Shown in pieces: positions 1 to 10,174 of a stretch of DNA of 64,000 bases (position 1 is its first letter; each line of letters starts with the position of its first letter). The translations under genes and the position numbers were made by a program. This stretch comes from an uncultured Chloroflexia bacterium. Lineage in GTDB: Bacteria; Chloroflexota; Anaerolineae; CG2-30-64-16. Location of the stretch: the NCBI GenBank assembly GCA_963774265.1, contig CAVZDU010000001.1, forward strand, positions 1,408,001-1,472,000, in the 5' to 3' direction. The notes under the pieces are model-generated. The model ran no database searches and had not been told where the DNA came from. It saw only the letters and a list, made by a program, of their open reading frames with translations.

Positions 1-2
1 CG

Positions 3-917
3 CTGGCCGGCAACATCGTCGCCCTCGATGACCTGGGCGTCGACAAGGCGTTCCTCGACAGCACTTTCGAGCCAGCGGCTGTGAAGGGCGTTATCTGGTC
101 CGGCAAGATTTGGGCGCTCCCCGAAAGCCAGGAAGGCATCGCGCTGGTCTACAACAAGGACCTCGTGACGGACAAGTACCTGCCCAAGGACCTGGATGAT
201 CTGCTAGTCAAGGCTGAGCAGTTCCAGAAGGACACCGGCAACGTGCTGGTTTGCAACCAGGGTTTCGGCGCCCAGGACGCATACCATGTGGCCCCGATTT
301 ACTTTGGCTATGGCATGCCGACCTATGTCGACGACGCTGGTAAGGTCTATATGAACACGCCCGAGGGTATCAAGGGCGCCGAGTGGCTTGCGGCCTTGAG
401 CAAGGTCTCCCTGAAGGAGAACTCTTACGACATCTGCAACGCTTCGCTGAAGGACGGCAAGATTGGTGCGTGGTGGACGGGCCCGTGGGCGATTGCCGCT
501 GTGGAAGAGAACAAGATTAACTACGGGATCCTCTCTGTCGGCAAGCCGTTCGTCGGCATCAAGACCTTGATGATCAGCAAGAACGCTGTTGACCGCGGCA
601 CCGCCGAACTGGCGCTGGACATCCTGAAGTTCTTCACCAGCGCCGAGGTGCAGAAGCCGATTGCCCTGACCAACAAGACCATCCCGGCCACCACCGCGGC
701 CCTGAAGGATCCTGAGGTCCAGGCGCTCGGCACCATCGCCGGGTTTGGCGAGGCACTAAGGGTGGGCGTGCCCATGGCGAATACACCGTATGCGGATGCC
801 CAGTGGGTGCCCGTTGGCGATGCCAGCGCGGCAGTGTGGACTGGCGCCCAAACGCCGGCCGATGCGATGGCCGGCGCCCAGAAGGCCATTGAAGACAAAG
901 TCAAGGAAATGCAGTAG
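3..917 (+). CDS. Sugar (maltose/maltodextrin-type) ABC transporter substrate-binding protein, 5'-truncated by window
   Basis: Open frame from window edge; MalE-like motifs (LVYNKDL, GPWAI, PFVG, VPMANTP); followed by two CUT1 permeases. Confidence 0.85.
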   Translation: MAGNIVALDDLGVDKAFLDSTFEPAAVKGVIWSGKIWALPESQEGIALVYNKDLVTDKYLPKDLDDLLVKAEQFQKDTGNVLVCNQGFGAQDAYHVAPIYFGYGMPTYVDDAGKVYMNTPEGIKGAEWLAALSKVSLKENSYDICNASLKDGKIGAWWTGPWAIAAVEENKINYGILSVGKPFVGIKTLMISKNAVDRGTAELALDILKFFTSAEVQKPIALTNKTIPATTAALKDPEVQALGTIAGFGEALRVGVPMANTPYADAQWVPVGDASAAVWTGAQTPADAMAGAQKAIEDKVKEMQ

Positions 918-928
918 ACTTCGGTTTT

Positions 929-961
929 TGTGGGGCGGCTGAGAAGATCGGTCGCCCCACA
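929..961 (+). terminator. Intercistronic stem-loop after the SBP gene (mRNA stabiliser or partial terminator)
   Basis: TGTGGGGCGGCTGA-gaaga-TCGGTCGCCCCACA inverted repeat; no U-tract. Confidence 0.5.
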
Positions 962-1017
962 CTCCTTCAGCCAACCAAATACGGCGCGCACCGCCTCACT
1001 CTCAAGGAGGTCACCCA

Positions 1018-2232
1018 ATGGTCAATTGGTCGGGACGCCGCAAAACGTTGATGATCCTTCTCTTTACTGGCCCAATGCTCCTGGGGCTCCTGGTCTTCAA
1101 CGTCTATCCCATCGTCTTCAGCACCTACATCTCCCTCACCAATCGCAATCAATTTCACCCTTACCCCGATTGCACGGAAGCTGCCAATCGCATTATTGAG
1201 CCAACTTGTTGGGGCCTGACCAAGGCACCGTCTGGGCTGGGCCAGCCTTTCGGCATTCGGGAACCTTTCTATGCCAACTATACCGACATGCTCGGCCAGT
1301 TCTTCACCAGTTCTTCGATGGTCAATCTGATGCGGATTCTGGCCGTTCTCGTGCCCATCATCATCGCCGCACAGGTGAACAAACGCCTGGGGCGGCAACT
1401 GATTCGGCCAGTATCATCCGGCGCGGTCTGGCTGGCGGGAATCGTGGGTGCAATCGCCGTGGCCCTTCTCGTCAACCTGGGAGGTGCATATCAAACGCTC
1501 CTCAATTCAGGTGACTTCGTGGGCGTCATTGTCCAGACAGTCCTGTATGTGGCCATCCGTGTGCCGCTGACCCTTGTGTTGGCGATGGTGCTCGCGTTGG
1601 TACTCAACAGCGACTTTATCAAGGGTCGCTCTTTCTTTCGGGTACTCTTGTTCGTTCCGTGGGCTGCGTCTTCGCTGGCGATCCTCATTGCCCTTATCTG
1701 GCAGTTCTTCTTCCGCGAGCAGGGCACGATCAACCAGTTCCTGGCCGCAGTCTTCGGCATCAAGGGGCCAGCCTGGCTGAACATGGAATGGGGGGCGATG
1801 GGCGCGGTCGTGCTCGCTGATATCTGGTTCTCCTACCCCTTCATGATGATCATCATTCTGGGAGCTCTGCAGTCGATCCCGGGTGAACAGTACGAGGCGT
1901 CGGAGATTGATGGCGCGACCTGGATGCAGCAGTTCAGCAGCATTACGCTGCCGCTGCTGAGACCGGCCATCTTGCCAGCCATCGTGTTGACCTCAATCTC
2001 CGCCTTCCAGATGTTCGGCACTGCCTATGCAATGACCGCCGGTGGCCCGATCAAAGGCGCAGGGAGGCCCGGCTTCACCGAGCTTGTCATGGTTTATGCC
2101 TACAAGCAGGTGTTCCAGACCCAGGCTTATGGCCGCATGGGCGCGTTTGCGGTGATCATCTTCATTCTGCTCTTTGCCGCGACGCTGTACAGCCTCCGTG
2201 TCACGCGCATCACGAAAGGAGCCTACGAATGA
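1018..2232 (+). CDS. Carbohydrate ABC transporter permease (MalF-like)
   Basis: Multiple TM segments; EAA loop YEASEIDGA; AGGAGG SD. Confidence 0.9.
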   Translation: MVNWSGRRKTLMILLFTGPMLLGLLVFNVYPIVFSTYISLTNRNQFHPYPDCTEAANRIIEPTCWGLTKAPSGLGQPFGIREPFYANYTDMLGQFFTSSSMVNLMRILAVLVPIIIAAQVNKRLGRQLIRPVSSGAVWLAGIVGAIAVALLVNLGGAYQTLLNSGDFVGVIVQTVLYVAIRVPLTLVLAMVLALVLNSDFIKGRSFFRVLLFVPWAASSLAILIALIWQFFFREQGTINQFLAAVFGIKGPAWLNMEWGAMGAVVLADIWFSYPFMMIIILGALQSIPGEQYEASEIDGATWMQQFSSITLPLLRPAILPAIVLTSISAFQMFGTAYAMTAGGPIKGAGRPGFTELVMVYAYKQVFQTQAYGRMGAFAVIIFILLFAATLYSLRVTRITKGAYE

Positions 2233-3074
2233 AACGGCGTCCGTCCCCCATCGTCATGGCTTTGCAGTACCTCCTGCTTGTCCTGGCGGGCATCTTCGCA
2301 TTCTATCCCGTCTGGTTCGCCATTCTCGCTTCGGGACGCCTGGGCGGACGTCTCTACAGCATGAACCTGCCTGGGATGCTCTTCCCCGTCGAGTGGACTT
2401 TCGAGAACTACAGGGTCATGCTATTCGACCGACCCTTCCTCACCTGGCTGATGAACAGCATCGTCGTAGCTGCGATCACGATGGGCAGCTCGATGTTGTT
2501 TGCGACGTCGGCCGCGTTCGCCTTCTCGCGCTTTCGATTTAAGGGGCGTGAGCTAGGGCTCATCTTTTTCCTGGCGTTGCAGGCATTCCCGGGCGTGCTG
2601 GCGCTGGTCCCCGTTGCACAACTCCTGGCCGCATTGGGTCTGTACGGCTCCAAGCTGGGCCTGGTGTTCGCCTACACGACGGGCACTCTTATCTTCTGTA
2701 CGTGGAATTTGAAGGGTTATTTCGACACCATCCCCATAGACCTCGAAGAAGCGGGGATGATCGACGGCGCCGGGCCGATTCAATCGTTCCTATTGATCGC
2801 CCTGCCGCTGGCGCGGCCCGCGTTGGCAGTCACGGCTCTCTTCGCATTTCTGGCGGGCTGGAGCGACTTCGTCTTCGCGTCCGTCCTCGTGCCCGCGCCC
2901 GACAGCGCGAAAATGCTGGTACCGGGCATGTACAGCCTGGCGAACAGCCAGAGTGTGCCCTGGGGGTACTTCGCGGCCGGCGCCGTGATGATCATTTTGC
3001 CGGTGTCCGCGTTGTTCCTCTATCTGCAGCGCTTCTTCGAGTCTGGCCTGACGCTCGGCGGCGTGAAGGGCTAA
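2229..3074 (+). CDS. Carbohydrate ABC transporter permease (MalG-like)
   Basis: KGYFDTIPIDLEEAGMIDGA EAA motif; ATGA overlap with the previous gene. Confidence 0.9.
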   Translation: MKRRPSPIVMALQYLLLVLAGIFAFYPVWFAILASGRLGGRLYSMNLPGMLFPVEWTFENYRVMLFDRPFLTWLMNSIVVAAITMGSSMLFATSAAFAFSRFRFKGRELGLIFFLALQAFPGVLALVPVAQLLAALGLYGSKLGLVFAYTTGTLIFCTWNLKGYFDTIPIDLEEAGMIDGAGPIQSFLLIALPLARPALAVTALFAFLAGWSDFVFASVLVPAPDSAKMLVPGMYSLANSQSVPWGYFAAGAVMIILPVSALFLYLQRFFESGLTLGGVKG

Positions 3075-3202
3075 ACGGTTGTGGCCTGCTGCAACCTGAT
3101 GATCAAGCACCAAAAGAGGCACTTGCAGGATCCTATCGGTAGTACGCCATAGCCGGATGCGCTGGAGCACAGCCATCCGGCTGCTTTTTCCCACGTGGCC
3201 CT

Positions 3203-5326
3203 ATGCGAACATTGCGTTCTTCGCGACATCTGACGGTCCTGGGCATCGTCCTGTTGGCCGCGGTCCTGCACCTGTGGGCCGCAACGAAGCTGCCGGTGGA
3301 TTTCGATGAGCCGGATTATGTCCAGGCTGGCTACGGCTATGCCGCGGTGATAGCTGCAGGTGACCTGGATGGGTTGATAGACTACCCATTCAACCGTGAG
3401 CACCCCCCGTTGGTTAAGTTGACCTACGGCCTGGCTGTTTTGGCCCTCGGTGATCGGGCCACCTGGATCGGCTCACTGTACGCGGCGCGGCTGATCTCCG
3501 CGGCCCTCGGCGTGCTGGCGGTGCTGTTCCTGACACTGGTCGATCCGCTGGCCGGCGTGCTGCTGGCCACTCACACCCTGGCCATGAAGTACACCAGTCA
3601 GGCCTACCTGGAGGCGCTGCCTTTCTGTGCGGGGTTGGCTGCGGTGCTGGCGATGACCCGCTCGCGAGCGACGCGCGATCGCTGGTTCTGGCTGTCGGCC
3701 GTGGCGTTGGGCGTGACCGCGGCCGGCAAATTCACCTATTTCCCCGTGGTATTTCCCATCTTCTTCCTGTTGGTGGTGCACCAGAAGCGGCGCTGGACCG
3801 ATCTCCTTCTCTACGGTGGCGTCGCCGTGGCGACCTTCTGGGCGTTGAACCCAACACTCTGGCGCGAGCCGTTGGCGCGGTTTGCCGATATGCTGCTGTT
3901 TCATGTGCGATACTCGCAAGGTTCGAATGTCCAGCGCGCCGGCTACCCCTGGTATCAGCCGGTATTGTGGCTGTCACAACCTGTCCCCTGGCATCGCCAG
4001 GTGTTTTTCTATATCGGGCCGGACGGTCTTATCTTTTGGCTGGCTGCCCTGGGCGCGTGTTTGGAGCGCCGCACGCGGCCGTGGCTCGCGGTCTGGCTGG
4101 TTTGTGGGCTGGCCGTACTACTTTTTTGGCGCACCAAGTGGCCCCAGTACACACTGGTGCTGGTCCCGGCGCTTTGCCTGGCCGCAGCGTCCGCGCTCCG
4201 CTGGCTGGCGCAGCGGGTGCGTGATTGGGAGGACCGTTGGCAGGTTCTGCGCAACATTTTCCCGCGCCCACGCGTTCGTTCTGGATCTTCATCCTTCTGC
4301 TGGTGGCCGCTGTTATCTTAGGGATGGCGTTCAATTCGATCCGCACGGTGACCACCCGCATGCCCTGGTCGCATATGACTTCGGAGGCGACCCTTTTGCC
4401 GAGCAACACCGTTCATGCCATCCTGGCTCTCTCAGGTGGCGAACTGCCACCGGGCAGTATGGCGCTTGGCACAGAGCGCGGTCTGGCTGTGTGGGCGCCG
4501 GCGATCGAGAACCATTCGATCGATCGTTGGATGATCTTCACTGCGGAGGACGGTGGCCTTCCACACGACCGCGTGCTTGCCCTGGCGCAGGATGCGGCCG
4601 GGAATCTATGGATTGGCACGGGCGGCGGCGTGGGCAGGTATGACGGCACTGACTGGCAAGTTGACCGGGCATCCGACCTGGGCCTTGGGGGTGAGCAGGT
4701 GAACGCACTGGGGGTGGACAGCGCCGGCCGCGTCTGGGCCGGCACCGATGCCGGCGCTGCCGTGTTCGACGGCGAGGCCTGGCAGCCCTATACGGCCGCC
4801 ACATCCGGACTGAAAAGCGATTATGTGCTTTCGCTGGCGATCGAGCGTCGTGCCGGCGGAGACGTGATCTGGTTCGGCCTGTTGGACGGGATCAGCCGGC
4901 TCGACATGGCCACTGGCCAATGGACCAGTCTCACGCCCGCGGAGGCCGATCTCGGATCGGGCGGCATCGGAGCGCTCTATGTCGATGCGGCGGGCCACGT
5001 GTGGGCGGGCTCGCTGGGCGGAGGGCTGAGCCGCTGGGACGGCGTCAATTGGCGAGGCGCGCGGACGGGCGACTGGGATATTCCTAACGAGACGGTCCAG
5101 GTGATTTCTGAGAGCGAGCCGGGTCGCCTGTGGGTCGGCACCGCCCTGCCGATGAACGTTGGCGGCACGCTGTCGAGTTATGACGGTCGCGGCGTGGCGG
5201 CATTACTCGGCGAGCAACTCCGGCTATTCGGGCGCCGAGCCACTGGCGCTCGCCCTCGATGCCCAAGGCAGGCTATGGGCCGGTACCCAGACGGCAGGTG
5301 TGGACATCTTTCTGATGGAGCATTGA
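3203..5326 (+). CDS. GT-C (PMT/ArnT-like) membrane glycosyltransferase fused to a beta-propeller; two frameshifts (~4270, ~5191)
   Basis: N-terminal DFDEPDY and EHPPL motifs plus many TMs; repeats of LAQDAAGNLWIGTxGG type; a third frame continues the repeats (LALDAQGRLWAGT) to TGA at 5326, one base before the next ATG. Confidence 0.7.
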
Positions 5327-5327
5327 C

Positions 5328-6956
5328 ATGGAGGAATTCACCTTCGGAACCTTGGCCACCGATGAACTGAAACTGACCCACCACCGGGCCGCGCAACGAG
5401 GGCTCCAGCATGATCACCAATTGGAACCCTATGACCCGCTGCCCGGTCAGCCGGTCACGGTCACGGCGCGTGTTGGGCCGGACCTGGACGCTGGCACGGT
5501 CGCCTGTTACTACACAACTGACGGCAGCGAGCCGGCGGGGAGCCGAGGAACTGCTGAGAATGGGGCCGTCCTCTTCCTCCGACGGTCTGACATCACCTGG
5601 GATACCCTGGCGTGGGGCTACCTGACGGTCTGGCGCGGCATCTTGCCCGCACAGACTGAAGGAACGCTCCTGCGGTACCGCATCGGCGCATGGAACGGCG
5701 ACGGCCCTGAGCTCTTCGCCGATTGGCCCCGCGTGCAGGATGTGGTGGAAGCTGCCGCGCACGCCTTTTTCCATGGACCGGCGCTCCCTGTCGCCACCGC
5801 ACAGCTGCCCGGTGGCGGCCACACGTTCGTTTGTCCCGTCGATCGTCTGGGACCGCCCGCGTGGGCGCGCAACGCGGTTATCTACCAGATATTTGTCGAT
5901 CGCTTTAGCCCGGGCGCGGGCCGGGAGTGGCGACAGACGTCCGATCTGCGCGCGGTTTGGGGCGGCACGCTGTGGGGCGTGATCGAGAAGCTGGACTACA
6001 TTGCTGAGTTGGGCGCGGATTGCATCTGGCTTACCCCTATCTTCGTCTCAGATTCGCACCACGGCTACGACGCGGTGGATCTGGCCCACATTGAGCCGCG
6101 TTTGGGCGGCGAGAAGGCTCTGGCCGCTCTAGTGGAAGATGCGCATGCACGAGGTATTCGCATTCTGCTGGATATGGTCTGCAACCATGTTTCGGCCCGG
6201 CACCCGATGTTCCGGGCTGCGCAGGCGGACCCCAGCGGCCCTTATCGTGACTGGTTCACCTTCGATGATTCACCCATCGGTTATCGCACTTTCTCCGGCG
6301 TTGCGTCGATGCCCGAGGTGAACCTGGCCGACGCAGGCGCGCGCGGTTGGCTTATCGACATCGCGCGATACTGGCTGCGCGAATTTGGCATTGACGGTTA
6401 CCGGCTGGACTATGCCAACGGGCCGGGACCGGACTTCTGGGCGGATTTCTGGACGGCGTGTAAGGCGGAGCGTCCGGACAGCTTCTGCTTTGGCGAGGTC
6501 ATCGATGCGCCCGACGCCCAGCGCTCGTACGTTGGCCGACTGGATGGCTGCCTGGACTTCCACTTAAGCGAGATGCTGCGCCGGACCTTCGCCTTCCGTA
6601 CCCGCACCGGGGCGGACCTGGAGCGTTTCCTCTCGCGCCACGCCGGTTTTTTCCCCTTCAATTTCGTCATGCCGACGTTCATCGACAATCATGATATGGA
6701 CCGTTTTCTTTTCATTGCAGGGGGCGACAAGGGCGCGCTGCGCCGGGCGGTCGCGCTACAGATGCGACTTCCCGGTCCGCCTATCATCTACTATGGCACG
6801 GAGATTGGATTGACGCAGCTCGAGGGCAAGGATGAGGGTCTGGGGTTGGACGTGTGTCGCGTTCCCATGGCGTGGGATGAAAAACAGGATGGGGGACTGT
6901 TGGCCTTCTATCGCGACCAGATCCGCGAACGCCGCCGGCGACAGGCCGCCGTGTAG
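5328..6956 (+). CDS. GH13 alpha-amylase family (neopullulanase/maltogenic-amylase-like)
   Basis: YQIFVDRF, HGYDAVD, DMVCNH, GYRLDYA, GEVI and FIDNHD conserved regions. Confidence 0.9.
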   Translation: MEEFTFGTLATDELKLTHHRAAQRGLQHDHQLEPYDPLPGQPVTVTARVGPDLDAGTVACYYTTDGSEPAGSRGTAENGAVLFLRRSDITWDTLAWGYLTVWRGILPAQTEGTLLRYRIGAWNGDGPELFADWPRVQDVVEAAAHAFFHGPALPVATAQLPGGGHTFVCPVDRLGPPAWARNAVIYQIFVDRFSPGAGREWRQTSDLRAVWGGTLWGVIEKLDYIAELGADCIWLTPIFVSDSHHGYDAVDLAHIEPRLGGEKALAALVEDAHARGIRILLDMVCNHVSARHPMFRAAQADPSGPYRDWFTFDDSPIGYRTFSGVASMPEVNLADAGARGWLIDIARYWLREFGIDGYRLDYANGPGPDFWADFWTACKAERPDSFCFGEVIDAPDAQRSYVGRLDGCLDFHLSEMLRRTFAFRTRTGADLERFLSRHAGFFPFNFVMPTFIDNHDMDRFLFIAGGDKGALRRAVALQMRLPGPPIIYYGTEIGLTQLEGKDEGLGLDVCRVPMAWDEKQDGGLLAFYRDQIRERRRRQAAV

Positions 6957-7041
6957 GTCGACGCGACAATCTATCGCAGGCATTTCCAATACCAGTGCGT
7001 CAGGGCCTCTCGAAGGCGATGGGGGCATCGACCTAATGGGC

Positions 7042-9509
7042 TCATACGCGCTCCAGCACGTTCCGCAACGCCATCCACTGCGCGTCGCTCACCCGATCCA
7101 TTTCGCCAGCTAACTGCTGCGAGCGCTGCGGCTCCTGCACGAGATCCGGCATGGCCTCATTCAGAACCAGCTTCGCCCACGAATCGAGCTTGAATGCCCG
7201 CAGCATGGCACGGCAGGTCTCCAGGCGCCGATCACGCTTGGAAAGCAGGGAACCATCCGCCACGCCGAGCGCCAGCGTCAGTTCGTCGGCCGGACCAACC
7301 GGCAGGCTCGGCAATTGCAATGATTCGGTAGCCTCGTCGTAGGTCCACTCGACCGTCAGGCCGGCTCCGTTGATCGCCACGTTAACCTGATCCGGCTTAC
7401 GGACGCCCCGGAACATCAGCCGATAGGCGCGTCCAGCCGGGATGAGGCGGCCGGCCACCCTTTGGTGGCGCGATGCCGCCGCGTTGCCCTCAACCTTGTT
7501 GATCTTGAAGGTCAACTGTGAGTCCCCCCAGGTCTGTGCCAGACGTGTGATCGCATAGTCGCCATCCAGGTATGCGGTTGAGGCGCCGTCGTCCTCGTAG
7601 AGCGCGAACGCGCCATCCGCGCCGGGGAAGACGACCACCGTCAATTCGGCAGGGTTGTCGATGCCGCCCCAGCCGACTTGCGGCCCCAGCGGCACGATGC
7701 CGCCGGCCCGGGCGAGCACGGGGATGTCATCGAGCGTGCCGTATAGTGTCACCGTGCGACCGCCGGTGAAGTGCTCGCCCGTGGTGAAGTCGAACCAATC
7801 TCCATGCGGCAGCCAGACCGATTGTCGGCTCAGGTTGGTATCTTCGTGGCGCGGGGTCACGAAGGGCGCGACCAGAAGCTCACTGCCGAACCAGAACTGG
7901 GTGCGGCAGTGATACGCCTCTCTCCGCTCCGGCTCCCAGTAATAGAGTGGCGTCACCAGGGGGATGCTTTCTTGCGCCATGCGCCACGCCATGGTGTAGA
8001 GGTACGGGATCAAGGCGTGGCGCAACCGCATCGCGTTGCGCGTGACGCGGAATACATCATCGCCGTGGCCCCACGGCCGGCGATCGAGAAATGGGTTACT
8101 GGTGCTGTGCAGGCGCAGGATCGGGCTAAAGACGCCGAGCTGCACCCAGCGCGCGTATAGCTCGGGCTCCTCGATGCCGCCCATGTGGCCGCCGATGTCG
8201 TGGCTCCACCAGCCGAACGCGACGTTCGAGGCCGTGGCAGTGAAATAGGGCTGAAACGCCAGGGAAGCCCACGTCACGCAGGTGTCGCCGGAGAAGCCGA
8301 TGGGGTAGCGGTGGCTGCCAAGTCCACCCCAGCGCGAGAAGATGAAGGGACGCCGGGCGCCGTCACGGCCAAGGTCATAGAAGTGCAGGTGGTTGAGCCA
8401 CCACAGCGGGTCCATGACCTCGGCCACCGGCTGCTTGGAGTAGACCATGCGCTGGCCCTGCTGCCAGTCAAGCCACCAGAAATCGACCCCCTGTGCTTCC
8501 ATCGGATGGTGCAAGATCTTGAAGTAGCCTTCGACAAAGTGCGGATCAGCCGCGTCAAAGCGCACCGGTTGGCCGCTCGACGGGTCTTGGTCCATCCAGC
8601 GCGCCATCGCCTCGTACTGCTCCTCGTGCGGCCAGATGCCGTCGGCCGGATGCAGGTTCAGTGCGGTGCGCAAACCCTGGCTCGTGCAGCCAGGCCAGGA
8701 ACCCCTCCGGGTCAGGCCACTGCTGGCGATTCCAGGTGTAGCCGGTCCAGCCGCGAGATACGTTGCCCGTCTTGGTGATGTGCCAGTCCATGTCGATAAT
8801 GCACACCGACAGGGGCACCTGCTTCTCCCGGAACTCGACCATCAGATCACGCAACTCGTCCTGGCGATAGTTCCAGAAGCGACTCCACCAGTTGCCCAAC
8901 ACGTAGCGCGGCACCATGGGCACGCGGCCGCTGACTCTCGTGAAGTCTTGCAGACAGCCGATGTAGTCGTGGCCGTGGCCGAAGAAATACAGATCCTGGT
9001 ACTCGGAAACACGAGCCGGGGGCCGTTCTTCCAGCCAGCCAATCCTGATTGAAAACCAGGCTGGCTGAGTCATCCACCAGAGACCATCCCGCGCGAGACA
9101 TCAGGCCCGGCTCCAGCGGTATTTCGCCATCAGCCTTATCGAGCGTCCGCGCGGTGCCCCGTAGGTTACGGCGATCGCGGTCACCCAAGCGCCAGGTCAC
9201 GCCCAGTTCCTTCACCAAGACGGAGAGGGTCTCGGCGGTGAAGCCTGCCTCAGTGACCCGGTAGCGGAGCAGCAGGTGCTCAGTCTCGATTTCGATCCCG
9301 TCCGATGCTTGTGTGGACCTGAATGGTGGTATGGGCTGGCGGCGATACCAGAACGCCTGACTAGCGCGATCTTCGAAGGCGTTGCTTTGGCTGTACTCCA
9401 TGCGGATCAAACGCGAGGTCAACACCGTGAAGCGGACTTCCGGTCCGGTTACGAAAGCGGCCGGATCGGCCTGTGATGGAAATGAAGCGGGGATCGTGAT
9501 GGCCGTCAT
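7042..9509 (-). CDS. GH31 glycoside hydrolase (alpha-glucosidase/xylosidase type); two frameshifts (~9043, ~8676)
   Basis: Three consecutive ORFs join into one GH31: GNWWSRFW, IIDMDWH, WWLDWQQG nucleophile motif, FSGD, WSHDIGG. Confidence 0.85.
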
Positions 9510-9643
9510 GTTTCGTCCTCGCGTGCAATGGAGTCAGTGTAACATGATCAGAAGGCTGACTCCAAGTCGTTCCGACTGAGATCGAGTAGACTTTGTGTTC
9601 CCGGTTCCTTGCGCATTCTCCTCGCCCGGTGCTAGAATTAGCC

Positions 9644-10171
9644 ATGCATATTTATCGGGCCGATCTGCGCGACCTGACCGGCTGCCTGCAACTCGATGGC
9701 TCCTATGAGACCGAGCATGTCTGGCAGATCACGCAACAACAAGAGGGCGGCCAGGTTATCACGCGCTTCCAGGTGGCGCGCCTGCCGCGTGCGATGCAGG
9801 TGCAGTACCCTGGTTGGAGTGAGGCGCTGCTGGCGCACCAACAACGAGGCGACCTGATCCTGGTGGCGGCGGCTGCTACGGATGTGCATGGGTATATTGA
9901 CCAGGAGTCGCAGCCCGACCAATCGGTTGCCTGGATCCATCATCTGGTCATCAAGCCGGAGCAACGCCGGCAAGGGATCGGTTCAGCACTATTGACGCGC
10001 GGGTTGCAGCACGGACGACAACAGGGGATGGCCCAGGTGATGACCGTCGTGCAAAGCAAAAACTACCCGGGCATCCAGTTCTTGCAGAAACACGGTTTCA
10101 AGTTCTGTGGCTATAATGAGCGATATTACCGCAGCAGGGACATTGCGCTGTATTTTGTACGCGGGTTATAG
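9644..10171 (+). CDS. GNAT family N-acetyltransferase
   Basis: Motif A QRRQGIGSALL; NYPGIQFLQKHGF; extended -10 TGcTAGAAT just upstream of ATG. Confidence 0.85.
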   Translation: MHIYRADLRDLTGCLQLDGSYETEHVWQITQQQEGGQVITRFQVARLPRAMQVQYPGWSEALLAHQQRGDLILVAAAATDVHGYIDQESQPDQSVAWIHHLVIKPEQRRQGIGSALLTRGLQHGRQQGMAQVMTVVQSKNYPGIQFLQKHGFKFCGYNERYYRSRDIALYFVRGL

Positions 10172-10174
10172 GGC

